A stretch of 43,878 bases of DNA from an uncultured Aequorivita sp. (lineage in GTDB: Bacteria > Bacteroidota > Bacteroidia > Flavobacteriales > Flavobacteriaceae). Under the pieces are notes generated by a model that saw nothing but the letters and a program-made list of their open reading frames with translations, was not told the DNA's origin and made no database searches. Both the position numbers and the translations under genes were made by a program. The first letter of the stretch is position 1; each line of letters starts with the position of its first letter. Of this stretch, positions 37,099-43,878 are shown in pieces. The stretch lies in contig CAZMDY010000001.1 in NCBI GenBank assembly GCA_964565295.1, positions 1 to 43,878 of the forward strand, read 5' to 3'.

Positions 37099-37577
37099 AC
37101 CGATTCAATATCGGACGGTCGCATTCCAAATTTTCGGGTGTCTTTCTTGGTAAGGATTTTAAAACCGTCTGCTTTGTCCGCAGTTTCAAAAGCACTCATT
37201 AGCTCCTTCGGAAGAGCAGTTAATTTGCGGGTTTCCATATTGATCCAAGCGCCCATCATCTCGCAATGTGCCATATGTTTTCCTTTTTTGTCGTAAAAAT
37301 CGTGCAAGAACGTAAAGTACATCCCGTCTTCAGAAAGACCTTTAAGTTGAAGGGTGACACTAATGGGGTTTCCAGGAAACACCTCCCGGAAATAATAAAT
37401 ATGCTCATAAAATGCCACCGGACCGAGATTCCATTTGGCCAATATTTGCTGTCCCAAACCTTTTCCCATTAAGAAATCCATCCGCGTATGGCTCATAAAA
37501 TCTATGTACGAACTGTTCCTCAAATGACGGTTTGCATCAACATCGCTCCAGCGTATTTCAAAATTTTTGGTGTACAT
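37095..37577 (-). CDS. Acyl-CoA thioesterase (hotdog fold, 4HBT-like)
   Basis: IRWSDVDANRHLRNSSY. Confidence 0.88.
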   Translation of the reverse strand: MYTKNFEIRWSDVDANRHLRNSSYIDFMSHTRMDFLMGKGLGQQILAKWNLGPVAFYEHIYYFREVFPGNPISVTLQLKGLSEDGMYFTFLHDFYDKKGKHMAHCEMMGAWINMETRKLTALPKELMSAFETADKADGFKILTKKDTRKFGMRPSDIESV

Positions 37578-37655
37578 ATTGTTTTTTTTACGAATTTAAT
37601 CTACTTCTGCCGTGCGGACAATGGATGAACGTTAAATAAAGAAATTTGAATTAAT

Positions 37656-37663
37656 TACCTTTG
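37656..37663 (+). promoter_or_regulatory. Bacteroidota -7 promoter box (TACCTTTG) upstream of yicC
   Basis: TAnnTTTG match 18 nt before the ATG. Confidence 0.55.
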
Positions 37664-37681
37664 CAGTCCTAATATATCAAT

Positions 37682-38539
37682 ATGATCCAATCCATGACCG
37701 GATATGGCAAAGGAGTTGTCCAAATGCCTTCCAAAACAATTACCATCGAGCTAAAATCGCTCAACAGCAAATCCTTTGATTTAAACATGCGGATGCCATC
37801 GTCCTATAGAGAGAAAGAACTCGAAATCCGGGACTTATTATCAAAATCATTACAACGCGGAAAGGTGGATTTCACGTTGAACATTGAGGCCACAGATGCT
37901 CAAACTACCTCACAACTCAACGAGGTGGTTATCAAAAAATATATCGCCCAATTAGCGAATATTGTCAATGGCGACCCTGTAGAACTTTTGAAAATGGCGG
38001 TACGCATGCCCGATGCGCTTAAGACCGAGCATGAAGAAATTGATGACAAAGAGTACAAAGCCATTACAAAAGCCCTCGACAAAGCTCTTAAAGCCATCAA
38101 TAAATACAGGAGCCACGAGGGCAAAACATTGGAAAACGATTTCAGAAAACGAAGCAAAGCCATTTCAGAATTGCTGGATCAGGTTGTAACAATGGATCCA
38201 GAACGGATTTCAGGAGTGAAAAATAGGCTTAGAAAAGCATTGGCAGATCTAAAAGAAAATGTGGACGAAAATCGATTTGAGCAGGAATTGATCTATTATC
38301 TTGAAAAATTTGATATAACCGAGGAAAAAGTGCGGTTAAAAAACCATCTTGATTATTTTGAAAAATCCATGGATTCCAGCGATTCCAACGGAAAAAAATT
38401 AGCCTTCATCACACAAGAGATTGGGAGGGAAATCAACACAATTGGCAGTAAGGCGAATTATGCTCCGATGCAGCAGTTGGTTGTCCAGATGAAGGATGAA
38501 CTGGAAAAAATCAAGGAACAATCATTAAATGTGTTATAA
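37682..38539 (+). CDS. yicC: YicC/YloC family endoribonuclease
   Basis: MIQSMTGYG, ELKSLNSK, DITEEKVRL, QEIGREINTIGSK. Confidence 0.93.
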   Translation: MIQSMTGYGKGVVQMPSKTITIELKSLNSKSFDLNMRMPSSYREKELEIRDLLSKSLQRGKVDFTLNIEATDAQTTSQLNEVVIKKYIAQLANIVNGDPVELLKMAVRMPDALKTEHEEIDDKEYKAITKALDKALKAINKYRSHEGKTLENDFRKRSKAISELLDQVVTMDPERISGVKNRLRKALADLKENVDENRFEQELIYYLEKFDITEEKVRLKNHLDYFEKSMDSSDSNGKKLAFITQEIGREINTIGSKANYAPMQQLVVQMKDELEKIKEQSLNVL

Positions 38540-39114
38540 TGGAAGGAGGAAAGTTGATAGTGTTTTCGGCACCTTCGGGAAGTGGGAAAACGACAATAGT
38601 GCAGCACCTGTTGCAACAGGAAGATCTTAATTTGGAATTCTCCGTGTCCTGTACCTCCCGTGCAGCCCGAGCGGGAGAAATTGATGGGAAAAATTACTAT
38701 TTCATTTCTTTGGAAAAATTTAAACAACACATCAAAAACGGGGATTTTTTGGAATGGGAAGAAGTGTATCGCGACAATTTCTACGGCACTTTAAAAACCG
38801 AAGTGGAACGTATTTGGAGCAACGGGAAAAATGTTATTTTTGATATCGATGTGGTTGGAGGTCTTCGGATAAAGAAGAAATTTCCAGAAAAGACATTGGC
38901 GGTATTCGTAAAACCGCCAAGTATTGACGAACTCAAGATCCGATTGAAAAAGCGAATGACCGAAAGTGAGGACCGGATCAATATGCGAATCGCAAAAGCT
39001 TCGGTAGAACTGGCCACTGCCCCACAGTTTGATTACATCATTAAAAATCACGACTTGGATATTGCACTTGAAGCTGCCCAAGGATTGGTCAGGAAATTTT
39101 TAAAACAACAATAA
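38539..39114 (+). CDS. gmk: Guanylate kinase
   Basis: SAPSGSGKTT, SVSCTSR, FYGT, DIDVVG. Confidence 0.96.
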   Translation: MEGGKLIVFSAPSGSGKTTIVQHLLQQEDLNLEFSVSCTSRAARAGEIDGKNYYFISLEKFKQHIKNGDFLEWEEVYRDNFYGTLKTEVERIWSNGKNVIFDIDVVGGLRIKKKFPEKTLAVFVKPPSIDELKIRLKKRMTESEDRINMRIAKASVELATAPQFDYIIKNHDLDIALEAAQGLVRKFLKQQ

Positions 39115-39163
39115 GACTATTGTAAATAACCGCAGTTAATCCAGAATCATTATCAAACCAAAA

Positions 39164-39781
39164 GCGGCAAAAAAAACAGGGCTCTTCTTTGGCACGTTCA
39201 ATCCAATTCACATTGGACATTTGATCATAGCCAATTATATGGTCGAATTCAGTGATCTTGACGAGGTATGGTTCGTGGTTACCCCGCACAATCCGCACAA
39301 AAAGAAAAAATCATTACTTGAAGGTCACCACCGCCTTGCCATGGTTCAAATTGCCATTGAGGAATACCCCAAGCTCAAGGCGAGCAATGTAGAATTCCAT
39401 CTTCCCCAACCTAATTACACCATACATTCCTTAGTCCATTTAGAAGAAAAGTATCCGCAACATACGTTCTGCTTAATTATGGGTGAAGACAATTTAAAAA
39501 GTTTTCCAAAATGGAAAAACCACGAATTGATCCTTGAACGCTATCCAATTTACGTCTATCCAAGAATTTCAGAAGGAACTGTTGACAGTTCGTTTTATTT
39601 AATCCAGAAGGACGGCACCAAGCAGTTCCACGAAAAAATAACAAGTGTACCAGCACCTATAATTGAACTCTCTTCCACATTTATAAGAAATGCGATAAAA
39701 GACAAGAAGGACATTCGTTCAATGGTTCCTCGTGAGGTATGGAAATATATGGATGAGATGAATTTCTACAAAAACCTATAA
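39164..39781 (+). CDS. nadD: Nicotinate-nucleotide adenylyltransferase; canonical start codon missing
   Basis: In-frame AKKTGLFFGTFNPIHIGH upstream of the ORF-track start at 39221; TPHNPHK, IMGEDN, WKN, SSTFIR. Start placed at the GCG codon occupying the expected initiator position. Confidence 0.9.
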   Translation, partial: AAKKTGLFFGTFNPIHIGHLIIANYMVEFSDLDEVWFVVTPHNPHKKKKSLLEGHHRLAMVQIAIEEYPKLKASNVEFHLPQPNYTIHSLVHLEEKYPQHTFCLIMGEDNLKSFPKWKNHELILERYPIYVYPRISEGTVDSSFYLIQKDGTKQFHEKITSVPAPIIELSSTFIRNAIKDKKDIRSMVPREVWKYMDEMNFYKNL

Positions 39782-39868
39782 AAACCGGATTTGACATTTT
39801 CTAAAGCCGATCCTGTTGTCAAAGAAAGCAAATTTCGACTTCCCCACAACTGTTTATTTTGAATTACG

Positions 39869-39876
39869 TATTTTTG
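39869..39876 (+). promoter_or_regulatory. Bacteroidota -7 promoter box (TATTTTTG) upstream of gpsA
   Basis: TAnnTTTG match in the intergenic region. Confidence 0.4.
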
Positions 39877-40006
39877 AAACTTATTTTTGATGGATTTTTA
39901 TCCAATTTACTAACATTACATAAATTGGATTTGAAAAATTTAAAACAAAACAATCGAGAAAAGAATTCTAATTTCAAGATCAAAATAATCTTAAAAAACT
40001 TAAACC

Positions 40007-40972
40007 TTGGACAAGCCTAAATTTGCGGTATTCGGCGGAGGAAGCTGGGCAACGGCAATTGTAAAAATGCTATGTGAAAATTTGGATGAAGTGGGCTGGT
40101 ATATGCGGAGCACTTCCAACGTCCAACATATCAAAAAACACGGCCATAACCCCAATTACCTGAGTTCAGTGGAGTTCAAGCTGGAACAGCTCAGACTCAG
40201 CAACGACATAAACGAAACCGTTGAATGGGCAGATTACCTCATTTTTGTGATCCCATCGGCATTTCTTCACCGAGAGTTGGAAAAGCTTACAGTTTCGTTG
40301 AGTGACAAAGTGGTTTTTTCCGCCATCAAAGGGATCGTACCCGAAACCAGTCTTATCGTAGGCGATCATTTCAACACATTTTATAATGTACCGTTCAATA
40401 ACCTGGGAGTCATTTCAGGACCTTGCCACGCCGAAGAGGTAGCTCTCGAAAGGCTTTCATATTTGACAATTGTGAGCGCTGTCAGTGAAAAGGCCCAAAT
40501 TGTGGCCGATGCCATGAGCAGTGATTATATTAAATGTTCCATTAGTGACGATGTTCTTGGAACGGAATATGCCGCTGTTCTCAAAAACATCTATGCGGTT
40601 GCTGCGGGAATTGCGCATGGGCTTGGATATGGAGACAACTTTCAAAGCGTTCTGATGAGCAACGCCATCCGGGAAATGAAAAGATATGTAAAAAAAGTTC
40701 ATAAAATGAAGCGCGACATCAATGGATCCGCCTATCTTGGTGATCTTTTGGTTACTGGCTACTCTATTTTCAGCAGAAACAGAATGTTTGGAACCATGAT
40801 CGGCAAAGGCTACACAACGAAAAGTGCCCAACTGGAACTAAGCCAAATAGCTGAAGGATACTATGCCACAAAAAGTGCTTACCACCTAAACCATCAAAAA
40901 GGGAAAAAGAGAGCCAAAACTCCTATAATAGATGCAGTTTATCAAATTCTTTATGAAAATAAAGACCCTTAA
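40007..40972 (+). CDS. gpsA: NAD(P)H-dependent glycerol-3-phosphate dehydrogenase (possible premature stop; frame continues to 41008)
   Basis: GGGSWATA, SGPCHAEEV, LKNIYAVAAG, LGDLLVT, SRNR, AEGYY; TTG start. Confidence 0.93.
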   Translation: MDKPKFAVFGGGSWATAIVKMLCENLDEVGWYMRSTSNVQHIKKHGHNPNYLSSVEFKLEQLRLSNDINETVEWADYLIFVIPSAFLHRELEKLTVSLSDKVVFSAIKGIVPETSLIVGDHFNTFYNVPFNNLGVISGPCHAEEVALERLSYLTIVSAVSEKAQIVADAMSSDYIKCSISDDVLGTEYAAVLKNIYAVAAGIAHGLGYGDNFQSVLMSNAIREMKRYVKKVHKMKRDINGSAYLGDLLVTGYSIFSRNRMFGTMIGKGYTTKSAQLELSQIAEGYYATKSAYHLNHQKGKKRAKTPIIDAVYQILYENKDP

Positions 40973-41031
40973 AAAACATTTAAGAAGCTGACCGATAAGT
41001 TGAATTGATCTTCTAAAGTTCAAAAGGAAAC

Positions 41032-41086
41032 AAAAACCAAAAATCCTCGAATATTCACTGTGAATATTCGAGGATTTTTGGTTTTT
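41032..41086. terminator. Bidirectional terminator, perfect 27-bp inverted repeat
   Basis: AAAAACCAAAAATCCTCGAATATTCAC-T-GTGAATATTCGAGGATTTTTGGTTTTT between convergent genes. Confidence 0.85.
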
Positions 41087-41097
41087 AAAAATTACGG

Positions 41098-43245
41098 TTA
41101 ATCTATACTTTCTGGTAATTGTTCAAAACCCATATTAAAAAGTGTAAACCCAAAAACATCGGCAAATTGCTCAATTGTTTTGCTCACCGGTGTTCCCGCA
41201 CCGTGTCCCGCATCGGTTTCAATCCGGATCAAAACAGGGTTCTCGCCAGTTTGTTTGGCTTGCAATTCTGCAGCAAATTTAAAACTGTGCGCCGGAACTA
41301 CCCTATCATCATGATCGGCAGTGGTGATTAAAGTGGCGGGATATTCAACGCCTTCTTTCACATTATGCAACGGAGAATAGCCTTTTAAGTATTCAAACAT
41401 TTCTCTGTCATCCTCGGAAGTGCCATAATCATAAGCCCAACCGGCGCCAGCAGTAAAAGTGTGATAGCGCAGCATGTCCAAAACGCCCACAGCTGGAATG
41501 GCTACTTTCATTAAATCTGGACGTTGTGTCATTACGGCACCGACCAACAGACCTCCATTGGAGCCACCTCGCAAGGCTAAGTAGTCACTGGAAGTATAGT
41601 TGTTATCAATCAGATACTCAGCAGCGGCTATAAAATCGTCAAATACATTCTGCTTCTTCATTTTTATTCCTGCATTGTGCCAATTCTTCCCGTATTCCCC
41701 GCCACCTCGAAGATTTGGAACAGCATATATTCCGCCTTGTTCCATCCAAACGGCATTGGCGATATTAAAGCTCGGGGTAAGACTTATATTGAATCCTCCG
41801 TAACCAAACAATATAGTCGGGTTTTTCCCATCTAATGGCAATCCTTTTTTATGGGTTATTAGCATTGGTATCTTTGTACCATCCTTTGAAGTATAGAAAA
41901 TTTGTTTGCTTTCATAATTCTCCGGGTTAAAATCTATTGATGGTTTAACAAAAAGCTCGGAATCCCCACTGCTAATCTCATACTTATAAATACTTGGTGG
42001 AGTAACATAATTGGTGAAAGAATAATAAAGTTCTTTCTCCTCTTTCTTAGTCCCAAAACCGCCTGCCGATCCTACTCCGGGAAGTTCAATCTCACGAATC
42101 AGGTTTCCTTCGTAGTCATATTGTTTGACCTTAGAAACTGCGTCTACCATATAATTTGCAAAAATACTTCCACCACCTGTACTCGGAGAAAGTACATTTT
42201 CAGTTTCCGGAATCAAGTCCTTCCAGTTTTCAGGAGAAGGTTGTGTAGCATCCACGGTAACGATTTTTTTGTTGGGCGCATTCCTATTGGTAACAATAAA
42301 GAGTTTGGAACCCACATTGTCCAACACATAGGAATCGGTATCCGTATTGTCGAGAATGACCGTGAAATCAGAATTTGGTTTTGTCAAATCCTTAATAAAA
42401 AGTTTGTTGCCCGAGGTTGAAACGCTGGCGCTAATAATAAGGTATCGATCATCTTCTGTAACGGAAGCTCCGATATATCGATGTTTTTCTTCAGCGGTTG
42501 CTCCAAAAACAATCTGGTCCTCGCTTTGGGGAGTTCCCATTTTATGGTAAAAAACTTTGTGCTGATCGGTTTTTGCGGAGAGCTCACTCCCAACAGGCTT
42601 GTCGTAACTGGAGTAATAGAACCCTTCTTCACCTTTCCAAGAAAGTCCGCTAAATTTAATATCCACCAAGGTATCGCCAATCAATTCTTTGGATTCTGAA
42701 TCCATAATCAGGACTTTTCGCCAGTCACTCCCTCCTTCCGATATGCTATATGCAAGTAGGTTACCGCTTTTGGAAAAACTGATCTGTCCCAAAGATATAG
42801 TGCCGTCTTCCTTAAAAGTGTTTGGGTCCAAAAAAACCTCCGCGGTTTCAGGATCTTCGCCAGTTTTATACCGATACAGAACGAATTGATTTTGTAAACC
42901 ATCATTTTTGTAGAAATAAGTATAGTTCCCTTCTTTATATGGAGCACCGACTTTTTCATAGTTCCAAAGATCGGAAAGTCGGTCTTTTAATTCGTCGCGG
43001 AACGGGATTTTTTCCAAATAGCCAAAAGTCACTTTGTTCTGTTCCTTTACCCATTCTTCGGTTTCGGCGCTACGATCATCCTCCAACCATCTATATGGAT
43101 CCTTTATCTCAATGCCAAAATAGGTGTCCACGGTGTCAACTTTTTTTGTTTCAGGATAGACCAAAGAACTTGATTCTTTTTTAGGTTCTTCTTTACAGCT
43201 TGCAAAGCACAGAACAATAATTGCAGGAAAAATTAAGGATTTCAT
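41098..43245 (-). CDS. Prolyl oligopeptidase (S9A), lipoprotein signal
   Basis: FASC lipobox, [19 protein letters not shown] nucleophile elbow, DHDDRV, AGHGAG. Confidence 0.96.
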   Translation of the reverse strand: MKSLIFPAIIVLCFASCKEEPKKESSSLVYPETKKVDTVDTYFGIEIKDPYRWLEDDRSAETEEWVKEQNKVTFGYLEKIPFRDELKDRLSDLWNYEKVGAPYKEGNYTYFYKNDGLQNQFVLYRYKTGEDPETAEVFLDPNTFKEDGTISLGQISFSKSGNLLAYSISEGGSDWRKVLIMDSESKELIGDTLVDIKFSGLSWKGEEGFYYSSYDKPVGSELSAKTDQHKVFYHKMGTPQSEDQIVFGATAEEKHRYIGASVTEDDRYLIISASVSTSGNKLFIKDLTKPNSDFTVILDNTDTDSYVLDNVGSKLFIVTNRNAPNKKIVTVDATQPSPENWKDLIPETENVLSPSTGGGSIFANYMVDAVSKVKQYDYEGNLIREIELPGVGSAGGFGTKKEEKELYYSFTNYVTPPSIYKYEISSGDSELFVKPSIDFNPENYESKQIFYTSKDGTKIPMLITHKKGLPLDGKNPTILFGYGGFNISLTPSFNIANAVWMEQGGIYAVPNLRGGGEYGKNWHNAGIKMKKQNVFDDFIAAAEYLIDNNYTSSDYLALRGGSNGGLLVGAVMTQRPDLMKVAIPAVGVLDMLRYHTFTAGAGWAYDYGTSEDDREMFEYLKGYSPLHNVKEGVEYPATLITTADHDDRVVPAHSFKFAAELQAKQTGENPVLIRIETDAGHGAGTPVSKTIEQFADVFGFTLFNMGFEQLPESID

Positions 43246-43267
43246 AAATGATGATTTTTGAGAAAAG

Positions 43268-43275
43268 CAAATATA
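43268..43275 (-). promoter_or_regulatory. Bacteroidota -7 promoter box (TATATTTG) upstream of prolyl oligopeptidase
   Basis: TAnnTTTG match on the minus strand, 22 nt before the ATG. Confidence 0.5.
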
Positions 43276-43464
43276 CTATAATTTAAGTGTAAGGAAAACA
43301 GTGCAAATCCAAAAGAATAAGCGTTTATTTCAAGTTAAAAGAAGCAAAAACATTCATTTTCACTGAAATAGAATATGAAGTTTTCAAGATATCCTATTTA
43401 CTGGTCAATATAACTTGAAGTGCAAAGATGTTATTTAGCCAATATTCCCAAGAGGGATTCATGA

Positions 43465-43878
43465 TTACACCAGTTTATTTTCAACCAAATATTCAGCAAT
43501 TTGGATAGCATTTGTGGCAGCGCCCTTACGAAGGTTATCGCTCACAATCCACATATTCAAAGTATTTGGCTGCGTTTGATCCCGTCGGATCCGGCCGACA
43601 AAAACCTCGTCTTTTCCGTAGGCATAAATCGGCATGGGATATGTATTTGTATCCGGATTGTCCTGAAGCTTCAACCCAGATGTGTTGTGAAGGAGTATTC
43701 GAACTTCTTCCAATTCAAAATCGTTAAAAAATTCCACATTTACAGCTTCACTGTGACCACCAATAATAGGAACCCGAACGGCTGTTGCGGTTACGGAGAA
43801 TGATTGGTCATCGAATATTTTTTGAGGTTCTCTGGCCAATTTAAATTCCTCTTTCGTGTATCCATTATCTTCAAAAAC
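43465..43878 (-). CDS. asd: Aspartate-semialdehyde dehydrogenase, C-terminal part (runs off window edge)
   Basis: NGYTKEE, TATAVRVP..GGHSE, VFVGRIRRD, DNLRKGAATNA. Confidence 0.95.
   Translation of the reverse strand, partial: VFEDNGYTKEEFKLAREPQKIFDDQSFSVTATAVRVPIIGGHSEAVNVEFFNDFELEEVRILLHNTSGLKLQDNPDTNTYPMPIYAYGKDEVFVGRIRRDQTQPNTLNMWIVSDNLRKGAATNAIQIAEYLVENKLV

Noticed and set aside
14170-40972. Stop-codon reassignment suggested by in-frame TAA/TGA in the pseudogene and gpsA
   Set aside because: TAA, TAG and TGA all end well-recognised genes at expected lengths in this window; isolated mutations or errors suffice.
771-43803. Many 60-200 aa ORFs antisense to or overlapping known genes (e.g. 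8109-8657, 10120-10668, 23765-24355)
   Set aside because: Shadow frames of long conserved genes with no recognisable motifs.

Overview
A gene-dense, mostly core-genome stretch of a Bacteroidota chromosome, very likely Flavobacteriaceae (gldH, porZ, repeated TAnnTTTG promoter boxes). Left arm: Ig-like protein (truncated), amidohydrolase, a recA - ECF sigma - dual-membrane-spanning anti-sigma-like cluster, trhO, ricT-gldH-PBP1A and scoAB. Middle (about 12-30.6 kb, more accessory-looking): orphan ABC ATPase, a decayed outer-membrane-protein pseudogene, a His/Cys-repeat lipoprotein, a PolB-like exonuclease, DsbD, and a compact module of cytoplasmic histidine kinase, sigma54 activator, a sigma54-type promoter, glutamate dehydrogenase, an Rnk-like factor and three-gene transhydrogenase. 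Right arm: recO, porZ, beta-barrel and lipoprotein genes, yicC-gmk-nadD-gpsA, prolyl oligopeptidase and asd (truncated). I see no rRNA, tRNA, CRISPR array, prophage or intact mobile element. The best candidates for under-described systems are the sigma54 gdh-rnk-pnt module, the ECF/trans-envelope anti-sigma pair behind recA, and the NPPHGQPGHRCD-repeat lipoprotein. nadD has no canonical start codon and gpsA appears to stop prematurely; both could be sequence errors. All family assignments come from motif recognition, not database searches.
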